A stretch of DNA of 32,000 bases, taken from Breznakia sp. PF5-3 (GTDB lineage: Bacteria; Bacillota_I; Bacilli_A; Erysipelotrichales; Erysipelotrichaceae). The notes beneath the pieces are model-generated. The model did not search any database. It was not told the origin of the DNA and was given only the letters and a program-made list of their open reading frames with translations. Below are positions 16,915 to 25,805 of this stretch, in pieces. A program made the translations under genes and the position numbers. Where the stretch lies: NCBI RefSeq assembly GCF_029504745.1, contig NZ_JAQFIQ010000022.1, forward strand, positions 8,342-40,341, given 5' to 3'. Within the stretch, counting starts at the first letter, position 1, and each line of letters begins with the position of its first letter.

Positions 16915-17367
16915 CTACTTTTGTTCACTTAAATGAACATGAATTTCGCCTATTACTTTATTCTTATATAAATCAATTTTCACAATCGTTGTCCCTAAAC
17001 TTGAAACATTGTGAACATCAATTATTTTTCTTTTATCCAAATGAATATCATATTGCTTTCTCAAACCTTCAATAATTTGTTTGCTAGAAACACTACCAAA
17101 CACTCTACCGCCCTCTCCTGTTTTCACTTTAAATTCAACAACTGATTTTGCCAAACGTTCTTTCAAAGCTTTCGCTTCCGCTTCCAAATGTTGTTCTTCT
17201 TTTTGCTTGTCGGCTTTTTGCTGATTCAAAATTTCTTTGCTACGCTTTGTTTCCTCAACGGCAAACCCTTTTGCGACTAAAAAGTTTCTTCCATAACCAT
17301 CAGCTACTTCTACCGTTTCTCCTTTTTTTCCTACTTTTTTCACATCTTTAAGCAAGATTACTTTCAT
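16915..17367 (-). CDS. rplI: 50S ribosomal protein L9
   Basis: 150 aa: [30 protein letters not shown]..., the canonical L9 N-terminus. Confidence 0.97.
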   Translation of the reverse strand: MKVILLKDVKKVGKKGETVEVADGYGRNFLVAKGFAVEETKRSKEILNQQKADKQKEEQHLEAEAKALKERLAKSVVEFKVKTGEGGRVFGSVSSKQIIEGLRKQYDIHLDKRKIIDVHNVSSLGTTIVKIDLYKNKVIGEIHVHLSEQK

Positions 17368-19327
17368 ATGTTACATCCTCCTCATTCAAATACTTTTCAA
17401 GTTCAACTTCCAATAATTCTAACAACTCCTCGGTAGTCATATCTTCTCTTTGAACTGCAGCCGCTGTGAAATGACCTCCACCCTGCAATTCTTCCATAAT
17501 TACCTGTACATTGATGACACCCTTACTTCGTGCAGAAATAGCTACTTGATTTTCACTAATTCTACCAACAACAAAGGCTGCTTCTACATTCTTAATACTC
17601 AACATAGAGTCGGCACCAATCGACATCAAAGAGCGCTCTAACCTTTCTGTATCATCAACACAAGAGATAATAATATTATCATTATACATCTTACTATACT
17701 TTAAGACATTAATTTTTGCCTCAAATTCATCATAATTTTCCTTCAGTAAAGCTTCTGCTTCGACAGGGTCCACACCCCATTTTTTAAGTTGAGCACATGC
17801 CTCAAAGGTACGGAATCCGGTACGCATTTTAAACCGGTTCGTATCCACCAAGATTCCAAGATACATAATTGTTGCTTCAACTTCACTAATACCAACCTTA
17901 CCAGGTTGATATGCTATCAATTCACTAATCAATTCACAAGTACTACTTGCACTTGACTCCAAGTAAACCAAAATTGGTTTCTTAATAAATTCAGATCCTC
18001 TACGATGATGATCTAAAACCATTACTCGCTCACTACTATTTAATAACTTCGGTGCATTAGAATGTGCTGGATTGTGATAATCCAAAATAATCATCAAATC
18101 ATTCTTCTTTTGCATCCTTAGTGCTTCATCATCACTAATAAAATTATGTCGCTCACTTAAATGCGCATCATAATATTCCATTGCTTCCTTTAAATGACTT
18201 TCTAATCCACCACTTTGAGAAACAATATAAGCCTTCTTTCCATAAGATTGTACAAGTTGAGAAATTGCAAGATTCGCTCCCATACAATCAAAGTCCATAT
18301 CCTTATGCCCACTAATAAAAATTTGATTTGACTCCATGATAACTTCTTTAATAGCTTGCGCCATTACTCTTACACGAACCCTACTACGAGTCGATGTCGC
18401 TTCACTTTTTCCACCATAGTATTTTACATCATCCCCATACCGTTTTACAGCGACTTGGTCGCCTCCACGACTCTGAGCTAACTCCAACAAATCACTTACC
18501 ATTTCATCCAACGACATAAGCTCCGTATGACCTCTTGCGAAAGCCATTGATAACGTAATATTCACATCAATTTCCGCTGCTTTTCCACGAACATAAGTAA
18601 GAATATCGAATTTATTATTTGCTATCTTATCATAAATATCTTCATTTAAAATCAAAAAGAATCGATCACTACGAAGACGGCGAATAATAATTCCATTATC
18701 ATTTGCCCAATTCACAATCGGTTGACGAAGATTCAAGTTAATATTCGTCAAGGTTGTTTCATCTTCAAATGCTTGAATATCCGCATAATTATCCATATGA
18801 ATCAATCCCACAACCAACGATTCACTTTCATATTTAGATTTCAATTCACTTAATCTCGTAATATCTCGAACAAACAATACATGTGCTTGTTCTTTTCTCG
18901 ATAATTCATAAACACGATTTTTATATGTTCCATATATTGTATCCATTTCACCTTGAAAAAGATCTTCAATTTGAGCAATAAAACTGGTCGCTTTTTTACC
19001 TACAATATTAATTCCTCGTGAAATAAGAAAACTACTCACCCAAGTAACTTCGTACTGGTCATTGTAAGTAATAATACCAACTTCACCAAAATCAAATGCC
19101 CCTTTGGCTTCTTTCCCTAATATTCGCGAAATATCAATTGATCGATTTTCCCGCTCATTTTCTACCGTATACAAAATCCATAAGACAACCGTTGCATTCA
19201 CTCCTACAATAACAACTAAAGCAATAGCAAGATCTACAAGTCCCAATGCAACCAATAAAATAAGCGCAACCAATTCAAGCATTAAAACAATTCCAACTTG
19301 AACCTTAATACTTTCCATATATTTCAT
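17348..19327 (-). CDS. gdpP: Cyclic-di-AMP phosphodiesterase GdpP (2 TM, PAS-like, degenerate GGDEF, DHH/DHHA1)
   Basis: 659 aa with two N-terminal TM helices, DHH motifs ([19 protein letters not shown]) and the DHHA1 GGGHFTAAA motif. It sits in the conserved position between yybS and rplI. Confidence 0.93.
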   Translation of the reverse strand: MKYMESIKVQVGIVLMLELVALILLVALGLVDLAIALVVIVGVNATVVLWILYTVENERENRSIDISRILGKEAKGAFDFGEVGIITYNDQYEVTWVSSFLISRGINIVGKKATSFIAQIEDLFQGEMDTIYGTYKNRVYELSRKEQAHVLFVRDITRLSELKSKYESESLVVGLIHMDNYADIQAFEDETTLTNINLNLRQPIVNWANDNGIIIRRLRSDRFFLILNEDIYDKIANNKFDILTYVRGKAAEIDVNITLSMAFARGHTELMSLDEMVSDLLELAQSRGGDQVAVKRYGDDVKYYGGKSEATSTRSRVRVRVMAQAIKEVIMESNQIFISGHKDMDFDCMGANLAISQLVQSYGKKAYIVSQSGGLESHLKEAMEYYDAHLSERHNFISDDEALRMQKKNDLMIILDYHNPAHSNAPKLLNSSERVMVLDHHRRGSEFIKKPILVYLESSASSTCELISELIAYQPGKVGISEVEATIMYLGILVDTNRFKMRTGFRTFEACAQLKKWGVDPVEAEALLKENYDEFEAKINVLKYSKMYNDNIIISCVDDTERLERSLMSIGADSMLSIKNVEAAFVVGRISENQVAISARSKGVINVQVIMEELQGGGHFTAAAVQREDMTTEELLELLEVELEKYLNEEDVTYESNLA

Positions 19328-19331
19328 CTTT

Positions 19332-20222
19332 TCACCTACTTCCTATTTTCTGATGAAAACCAGTAAACATATCATATATACCCAACCAAAGAATTAAGTT
19401 ATTAATTCCTGGCACAAAACACAATACCATTGAAATAAAAATCAAAGATCGTTTTTGCTCTTTCATTGCATAAGTTAGTAAAGTAATAAGCCCGCTACTC
19501 ACACCAATGATAAAAGCAATTGCATATACCATAAAAACATAAGAACTTATTGTTTTATCAAACATCCCTAAACTGCTTAACATATAAAGTAACCAACTAA
19601 TGCCTACAAAATATGCCATCCACTTTGGAAATACAACCTCTTGAAGTTGTTTCAATGGTAAAACATCTACATGAAGCCTCTTCAGCAAGATATGGGCAAC
19701 CACATGAATTAATATTCCTTGTAAGATACTTGTTCCTATATAAATAATTAACAAGAACAATCCTGTAATCGTTTTCGAATTTTCAATTGTTTCAACACTT
19801 TGAACGATTTTCAAAAGTTCTCTAAATTCACTAAGTATATTATACCCAAAGATCTCTGATAGCACTAGAACTGTTATCAACATTGTAATCAATTGCATGA
19901 TGATACAAAGAATCAAAAGATGGGCATTCTTCCACTTTTTTGAAACCCCATAACCATACATAACACCAACTATTAATGCCGAAAACAAATAGAAAATGGT
20001 TGTTGGTGCTGCAATCATAAAAGATAAAAGCAAACATGAAACACATACGATAAGGCTTGCTTTTAATCCATATTTCGTACAATAAACAATCATTGGCAAA
20101 CTAATAAGCCATGATATTGCATCTTCTAAAAAATTCGCCGTTTGACGATTGATGAGTAGAAAAATTCCAATCATCGCAATCATCATCGCACCTTCACTTA
20201 TTTGTTTCGTTTTAGAAACCAT
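19332..20222 (-). CDS. yybS: YybS (DUF2232) polytopic membrane protein
   Basis: 296 aa, multi-TM, located directly upstream of gdpP as in Bacillus. Confidence 0.75.
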   Translation of the reverse strand: MVSKTKQISEGAMMIAMIGIFLLINRQTANFLEDAISWLISLPMIVYCTKYGLKASLIVCVSCLLLSFMIAAPTTIFYLFSALIVGVMYGYGVSKKWKNAHLLILCIIMQLITMLITVLVLSEIFGYNILSEFRELLKIVQSVETIENSKTITGLFLLIIYIGTSILQGILIHVVAHILLKRLHVDVLPLKQLQEVVFPKWMAYFVGISWLLYMLSSLGMFDKTISSYVFMVYAIAFIIGVSSGLITLLTYAMKEQKRSLIFISMVLCFVPGINNLILWLGIYDMFTGFHQKIGSR

Positions 20223-20289
20223 AACATCACCTACAACTTATCTTTCATTTTATCAATTTTTAGCATATTATGAAAGGCTTTTACGAAAT

Positions 20290-20319
20290 AAAGGTAGTAG
20301 TTTTTTAACTACTACCTTT
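20290..20319 (-). terminator. Rho-independent terminator after the ABC-2 permease gene
   Basis: AAAGGTAGTAGTT-tttt-AACTACTACCTTT, a perfect 13-bp stem, followed by a T-rich tail on both strands. It starts 10 nt after the permease stop. Confidence 0.85.
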
Positions 20320-20328
20320 CCTTTTTTA

Positions 20329-21063
20329 CTATTCCCATTTAAATAATTTAATGGATAACGTTGTACAGACAATTATAATGGCAACCATGATAAGAATTGG
20401 AAACATATTTGATATCTCCATATTGAGCGAAACTGCTTCTAGTAATTTTATTCCTTGGGTTAAAGGCAAGAAATCAGCAATCTTTTGTAATGATGTAGGC
20501 ATTATCTCATAAGGTAACGTCGTTCCTGAAAATACTAACATCGGAAAATATAATAAACTCGTAATCAGTGAAGCTGTCTTCATGTTTGCTGATAACCCAC
20601 CAACCATCATGCCAATCGAAAACATCGATGCCATCACTAAAACATAATAACCTAAAAACTGCCATAGTGGTCCTTGCATTTGATAACCAAAGAAAATAGT
20701 CGCTAATAGATATACTAAAATTAAAGAAGCGACTGCATAAATTATATATATTGCAACCTGTACAATTAAGATTAGAAGTGGACTTATTGGTGTTACTTGA
20801 AGTCTTTTCAAAATCTTTTTCTGCCGATAATCAGCAACCACTAATGGCAACCCCATAAGCCCTCCAGCACAGATGCCAACCGTCGATACAGCACTGAATG
20901 AGCGGGAAATCATTTCGGTACTCCCATTATTTCCACTATAGATTGAGCCAATTAAAAACATGATTACAACTGGCATAAGAATCGCAAAAATTACCATATT
21001 CATATCTCGAATAGAAAGTATAAATTCTACTTTCAACATTTCTTTAAAAGTTTTCAATATCAT
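20329..21063 (-). CDS. ABC-2 type transporter permease
   Basis: Six predicted TM segments, about 245 aa. I prefer the ATG at 21063 (AGGAGGATAATG), which overlaps the end of the ATPase gene by 20 nt. The ORF-track start at 21132 lies deep inside the ATPase gene. Confidence 0.8.
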   Translation of the reverse strand: MILKTFKEMLKVEFILSIRDMNMVIFAILMPVVIMFLIGSIYSGNNGSTEMISRSFSAVSTVGICAGGLMGLPLVVADYRQKKILKRLQVTPISPLLILIVQVAIYIIYAVASLILVYLLATIFFGYQMQGPLWQFLGYYVLVMASMFSIGMMVGGLSANMKTASLITSLLYFPMLVFSGTTLPYEIMPTSLQKIADFLPLTQGIKLLEAVSLNMEISNMFPILIMVAIIIVCTTLSIKLFKWE

Positions 21064-21775
21064 TATCCTCCTTATTGATATACCATAGATACGCATCTTC
21101 CAATGTCTCATAAGGACTCTCCTTAATTGCATCTTTTACACTTCCATAATAAATAAATCTTCCTTCTTTCAAAATACCAATTTGATCACAGAGAATCTCT
21201 ACTTCATCCATAAAATGTGAAGTCAAAAAGATACTCATTCCTGCTTCTTTTAACTTTTTGATTGATTCCCATACAAATCTTCTTGCTTGTGTATCTAATC
21301 CTGTTGTTAACTCATCTAAAAACAAGACTTCAGGATTTGGCAATAATGCTAAAACAATAAATAACCGCTGTCGTTGTCCACCAGATAATTCCTTTACCAT
21401 ACTTGATATTTTTTCTTCTAGACCAAATTGCTTCAACAATACTTTATAATCTTGAGGATTTGTATAAAATGATGATGTTTCTTCACACAATTCGTTAACT
21501 TTTATCTTATCTTGATAACTCCCTTCTTGAAACTGGACACCAACATGTTTAAATAATAATTTGCGTTCTTTTCGTGGATCTTTTTCCAAAACTGATATCT
21601 TTCCTTGATCTGCAACTCTTGTTCCTAACACACACTCTATCGTCGTCGTTTTACCAGCACCATTCGCTCCTAATAAACCAAAGACCTCTCCCTTATCTAC
21701 GGAAAAAGATATGCCCTTTAAAACCTCTTTTTGATCGTACGCTTTTGATAAATTTTCTACATTTATTGTTTTCAT
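21044..21775 (-). CDS. ABC transporter ATP-binding protein
   Basis: Walker A GANGAGKTT, signature LSGGQRQR, Walker B LFLDE. I prefer the ATG at 21775 (GAAGGAGGCTTTATG) to the upstream TTG. Confidence 0.93.
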   Translation of the reverse strand: MKTINVENLSKAYDQKEVLKGISFSVDKGEVFGLLGANGAGKTTTIECVLGTRVADQGKISVLEKDPRKERKLLFKHVGVQFQEGSYQDKIKVNELCEETSSFYTNPQDYKVLLKQFGLEEKISSMVKELSGGQRQRLFIVLALLPNPEVLFLDELTTGLDTQARRFVWESIKKLKEAGMSIFLTSHFMDEVEILCDQIGILKEGRFIYYGSVKDAIKESPYETLEDAYLWYINKEDNDIENF

Positions 21776-21797
21776 AAAGCCTCCTTCTGACAAAATA

Positions 21798-21825
21798 ATA
21801 ACACCAGTTCAAAGTCTGGTGTTAT
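21798..21825 (-). other. Intercistronic perfect hairpin between merR-like and ABC ATPase genes (possible attenuator, processing or stability element)
   Basis: ATAACACCAG-n8-CTGGTGTTAT, a perfect 10-bp inverted repeat. One arm covers the MerR stop codon. On the minus strand it is followed by TATTTTG and then the ATPase SD. Confidence 0.45.
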
Positions 21826-22565
21826 GATGGAGGGTTTAGTTTTTTCAAAATTTTATATGCTTGTTTGGCATTGCCTTTTGCTGTATGTAAAGAAGATATA
21901 AGTTCATCACATACGGTGATAATGTATTCATCTGGATGTGGTGTATTGATGAGTGAGCGAACATCTGAAGTGGGATCTTCACTTACTTTATTCAACATCC
22001 TCATAATTGCGGTCAATGAGTAATTTGCATAACGTAACAAACGAATAATTTTCAATCGATTGATATCTTCTTCATAATACACCCGATAGCCATTCTTTTT
22101 CCGTTTTACTAAGATAAGACCATTCAATTCCCAATTACGCAAACGATCTATAGAAATACCTAATACATCAGCCGTCTCTTTACGAGTCAAACAAGCCTCT
22201 GAATTCTCCTTTTTACCATGTAACATCTTTTCAACAATCTCAATTGCTTCTTCCGCATTTTGCCTTTCCTCATCAATTTGATTTAAATATTCCAAGGTGA
22301 GTTTTAAGGCTTCATCATATTCTTGTAAGGCCATAACCTTAATAATTGTCACAACCTTCTTACGCATTCCATTCTGTACGATTGGTACTTGAAAAAGACT
22401 ACGTAGAATTCGCATTTGTTGAAGATGTAAATCCGTAAAAATACGATAGCCATTCTTTTTTCTTTTCGGTTTTGTGATAAATCCCCATTCTTCATACAGA
22501 CGTACAGTATTGGAATGCACCCCTATTAATTTAGCGATTTCAGATGTAGAATATGTTTTATCCAT
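21822..22565 (-). CDS. MerR-family transcriptional regulator with two tandem MerR-type HTH domains
   Basis: Two internal repeats: YSTSEIAKLIGVHSNTVRLYEEWGFITKPKRKKNGYRIFTDLHLQQMRILRSL and LTRKETADVLGISIDRLRNWELNGLILVKRKKNGYRVYYEEDINRLKIIRLLR. I prefer the ATG at 22565 (GAGGGTTATTATG). Confidence 0.8.
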   Translation of the reverse strand: MDKTYSTSEIAKLIGVHSNTVRLYEEWGFITKPKRKKNGYRIFTDLHLQQMRILRSLFQVPIVQNGMRKKVVTIIKVMALQEYDEALKLTLEYLNQIDEERQNAEEAIEIVEKMLHGKKENSEACLTRKETADVLGISIDRLRNWELNGLILVKRKKNGYRVYYEEDINRLKIIRLLRYANYSLTAIMRMLNKVSEDPTSDVRSLINTPHPDEYIITVCDELISSLHTAKGNAKQAYKILKKLNPPS

Positions 22566-22602
22566 AATAACCCTCATTTTTTATTTATTATCCCACACAA
22601 AT

Positions 22603-22634
22603 AAAAAAGAGCAAATTACTTCGCTCTCTTTTTT
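22603..22634 (-). terminator. Terminator after rpsR
   Basis: Minus strand: AAAAAAGAGAGC-gaagtaattt-GCTCTTTTTT followed by ATTT. The GC core is short (AGAGC/GCTCT) but the U-tract is long. Confidence 0.6.
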
Positions 22635-22644
22635 CATTATATAA

Positions 22645-22875
22645 TTAGTCTTCTACATATGGTAACAATGCCATTTGACGAGCACGTTTGATAGCAGTAG
22701 CAAGCATTCTTTGATACTTTGCCTTTGTCCCTGTAACACGTCTAGGAATAATTTTCCCATTAGCAGAAATAAATCTTCTCAACAATTCTACATCCTTGTA
22801 GTCAATTGTTTCAATTTTATTTTTCGTAAAATAACATACTTTTTTACGTCCAACTCTTTGTTTTTTATAAGCCAT
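22645..22875 (-). CDS. rpsR: 30S ribosomal protein S18
   Basis: 76 aa: ...[40 protein letters not shown]..., canonical S18. Confidence 0.97.
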   Translation of the reverse strand: MAYKKQRVGRKKVCYFTKNKIETIDYKDVELLRRFISANGKIIPRRVTGTKAKYQRMLATAIKRARQMALLPYVED

Positions 22876-22889
22876 GATATACTCCTTTC

Positions 22890-23345
22890 TTAGAATGGTA
22901 AATCATCACTTGCAATATCTAATGTATCGTTTGCGAAATCATCTGCAACTGATGATGATTGATCTTGTTGTGTAAAACCACTTGGATCTTGTGGTACATA
23001 AGTTTGTGTGCTGTTATTACTACTAGCATTCTTAGGTTCCAAGAATTGTACATTGTCAACTACTACATCTGTAGTATAAACTGTCTTGCCATCTTTATCT
23101 TGATAGCTTCCGGTTTGAATTCTTCCCTCAATACCAATTAAAGCACCTTTGTTTAAATATTGATTCATTAACTCTGCTGTCTTGTTCCAAGCAATACATC
23201 TAATAAAATCAGCTTCTGGCTGACCTTCTTGTTTGAAACGACGATTAACAGCCATCGTAAATGAAACAACAGAGGTTCCTGATTGTGTTTTTCTTAACTC
23301 TATATCTTTTGTGATACGTCCAACTAAAACAACTCGATTGATCAT
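22890..23345 (-). CDS. ssb: Single-stranded DNA-binding protein
   Basis: 151 aa with an OB-fold N-terminus ([23 protein letters not shown]), a disordered Q/S-rich linker and an acidic tip DDLPF. Confidence 0.96.
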   Translation of the reverse strand: MINRVVLVGRITKDIELRKTQSGTSVVSFTMAVNRRFKQEGQPEADFIRCIAWNKTAELMNQYLNKGALIGIEGRIQTGSYQDKDGKTVYTTDVVVDNVQFLEPKNASSNNSTQTYVPQDPSGFTQQDQSSSVADDFANDTLDIASDDLPF

Positions 23346-23356
23346 AATAAACCTCC

Positions 23357-23650
23357 TTATTTCTCTTCGTCAGTTTTTACAACTAAGAAACGAATAACGT
23401 TTGCATTAATTCTCGTTAAACGATTAAATTCAGCAATTGCTTCATTTCCAGCAGTAACATCAATTACGTAGTAAAAACCTTTTGTCATATGGTTGATTTC
23501 ATACGCGAACTCTTTGCTTCCCCATTCGTCAACTTTGTCGATGGTAGCACCATTGTCAGTAAGTGTTTTATGAACACTTTCAACAACCTTTGCTCTAGCA
23601 GCATCCTCAAGTGATGCGTTCACGATGTACATAATTTCATATTTTCTCAT
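23357..23650 (-). CDS. rpsF: 30S ribosomal protein S6
   Basis: MRKYEIMYIV..., canonical S6. ATG at 23650 with GGAGG 8 nt upstream; the ORF-track start at 23659 is a GTG inside the SD region. Confidence 0.96.
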   Translation of the reverse strand: MRKYEIMYIVNASLEDAARAKVVESVHKTLTDNGATIDKVDEWGSKEFAYEINHMTKGFYYVIDVTAGNEAIAEFNRLTRINANVIRFLVVKTDEEK

Positions 23651-23758
23651 TTCGTACACCTCCTTCTGGTCTATTGGCTATTTCTCATAAGGAAATAACA
23701 AGGAGTAAATTGCATTTACTCGCTAATATATAATATCAAACATAGTATTGAATTGCAA
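23651..23758 (-). promoter_or_regulatory. rpsF promoter plus structured 5' UTR (candidate S6:S18 autoregulatory leader)
   Basis: Minus strand: TTGCAA (23758-23753), 17 nt, TATTAT (23735-23730) with extended TG. The leader contains hairpins GAGTAAAT-gca-ATTTACTC (23721-23703) and TATTTC-n7-GAAATA (23797-23779) upstream of the SD. Confidence 0.55.
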
Positions 23759-23840
23759 AGAAATCTTTTAAAAATAACAAATAACCAAATTCTTCAATAT
23801 TATATTTACTTCATTTCACGTACACCTATCTATTATAACC

Positions 23841-25748
23841 CTATTTAAAGATGAGTACCTTCTTATCCAATACCTTATAATTGCTTATCGAGTTATCATG
23901 ACAAATAACAAATTTCAAGTTCTTAAGATTTTTAAGAGCATCCAAATCTTTAACATAATTATCACTAATATTAATAAACTTAAGATTTGGCATCATGGAA
24001 GCAAATTCTAATGAATTTACCTTTCCATTCAATATAACTAATTCTTCAACACCTATCATTTTAGAAAGAATTTCTGAAAAATCTCCAATCCCAAGACTAT
24101 CTCCTATCTCATTTCCATTCTCAAGCTTTGTAAGATTGTTATTTCCTTGAATGAAATATAACTTTTTTATCGTTGCATTCTGCTGTACTTGACTCACATC
24201 TAAATACAATGAACTTGTGTATACTTCTAAAGTTTCAATTGGCAAATTAAACATCGTTGCATAGTTCCCACCAGTATAATACCCACTAACATCAGCGCCT
24301 AGAATTAAATGCTTTAAATTAGGTAGTGCTTGCAAAGCTTCAAAATTATCAAGATTTCCATCTCTTAATTTTAACGTTTCCAACCCTTTTAAAGTAGCAA
24401 CCTTATCCATTAACAATTCACCAGTTGCATCTATTTCTAAACATTTAATTGTTGGAAGATCAGCAATTGTATCCATACACCAATTATCAACTGATACTTC
24501 TTCTAGGTTTCTCAAAGTATGCAAATCTAATGTTTTACTCACTTCATGTACATTCGCAATATCAATTATTTTTAACTTTGTTAGCCCTGTCAAGGTTGAT
24601 ATAACATCCAAATTTGATAAGTTTCCATTATATCCAACAACGAGTTCACTCATAGCTGTTCTATTACGTAGCGGTTCAAGATTAATAAGTGATGTATTTT
24701 CCAATGATAAGCTAATTAATTTAGGCATATTGTGAACAAACTCCATTTCCCTTAATGCCTCACTATAAATATCTAAATGATCCAAATTATTCAAACTATA
24801 TAAAAATGTAAAATCATCAACCTTTCCTCCAATATCCGAGATTTTCAACGAAGTCAACTTCTTCATTGATGAAAGCCATGATAAGTCCCAATTTTCATTA
24901 CTATAAGCTACTACTTCTACCGATTTCAATTTCTTTAATTTTGTAAGATCACCTATTTTATCAGTGCTATTTGCCTCATACAAAGCGATTGATTCTAAAT
25001 TCTTGAAATCCATTAATTTTTCAATTTGATCATCGCTTGCGAAAATACTAATATCTTTCATTTTTTCTGGATTAGGTATCGTTTCAATATTTTGAAGATA
25101 ATTCGTTTGATCTGTACTTTTATACGATTGTAAATCCTTCATGGCAGATAAATTCTGATTATAATCACTTTTTATTCCATCACCAACCTCCAGCTTAACC
25201 AAAGCTTGTAAGCTAAGAATATCGTTCAATTCTAAATTATATTCTTCACTAGAAATAAGAAGATGTTTTATGGAATCACCAAAATCTGCTTTATTTTTAA
25301 AATAATTCTCAAAACTATACTGAAAGTCATACCCTTGTTTCATCTTGTCATATCGAACAGATACATATTTTATCTTCGCTAGATCTTCTTGATCAATTTC
25401 ATCAAAATCTTTTTCTAATGCAACTGCCACAAATTCTTTCATTACTTTTCCTTCAGGTAAATCTTGTACCTTACCACTATTAGAAGATGAACTAGATCCC
25501 AGATGCATAAGCATAGGAATTGTAATCATTGAAAGTATCACAAAAAAAGCGATGATTCCTAGCATCACTCTTTTAGAATCTGGTTTTCTTACATTTGTCT
25601 TATCATATGTATAATAATTATTTATTGTTGGTTCTTCATCATCAATCAAAAATTCCGAATGACAATATTTACATTCAGCCGTTTTTAAACTAGGATCTGC
25701 TTTTACCTTACCCCCACAATTTGGACAAACTAATTTTACTAATTTCAT
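23841..25748 (-). CDS. Zinc-ribbon / single-TM / leucine-rich-repeat (internalin-like LRR) protein
   Basis: 635 aa with an N-terminal CPNCGG...CKYCHS ribbon and a TM helix (VMLGIIAFFVILSMITIPMLM). The remaining ~540 aa is rich in ~22-residue LxxLxxLxLxxNxI-type repeats (LKKLKSVEV, LTSLKISD, LISLSLENTSLINLEPL, LKHLILG, LKFINISDNYVKDLDALKNLKNLKFV). Confidence 0.8.
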   Translation of the reverse strand: MKLVKLVCPNCGGKVKADPSLKTAECKYCHSEFLIDDEEPTINNYYTYDKTNVRKPDSKRVMLGIIAFFVILSMITIPMLMHLGSSSSSNSGKVQDLPEGKVMKEFVAVALEKDFDEIDQEDLAKIKYVSVRYDKMKQGYDFQYSFENYFKNKADFGDSIKHLLISSEEYNLELNDILSLQALVKLEVGDGIKSDYNQNLSAMKDLQSYKSTDQTNYLQNIETIPNPEKMKDISIFASDDQIEKLMDFKNLESIALYEANSTDKIGDLTKLKKLKSVEVVAYSNENWDLSWLSSMKKLTSLKISDIGGKVDDFTFLYSLNNLDHLDIYSEALREMEFVHNMPKLISLSLENTSLINLEPLRNRTAMSELVVGYNGNLSNLDVISTLTGLTKLKIIDIANVHEVSKTLDLHTLRNLEEVSVDNWCMDTIADLPTIKCLEIDATGELLMDKVATLKGLETLKLRDGNLDNFEALQALPNLKHLILGADVSGYYTGGNYATMFNLPIETLEVYTSSLYLDVSQVQQNATIKKLYFIQGNNNLTKLENGNEIGDSLGIGDFSEILSKMIGVEELVILNGKVNSLEFASMMPNLKFINISDNYVKDLDALKNLKNLKFVICHDNSISNYKVLDKKVLIFK

Positions 25749-25805
25749 ATTCCCTCCAATACTCTATTATTCTTAGATGTAAGTTTTCCTATTTTGGTTT
25801 CGTAA

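Noticed and set aside
22577-22608. 10-bp inverted repeat TTTTTTATTT-n12-AAATAAAAAA flanking the putative merR -10
   Set aside because: The arms consist only of A/T homopolymer-like sequence in an AT-rich genome and overlap the rpsR terminator U-tract. They are indistinguishable from chance, so I do not call an operator.
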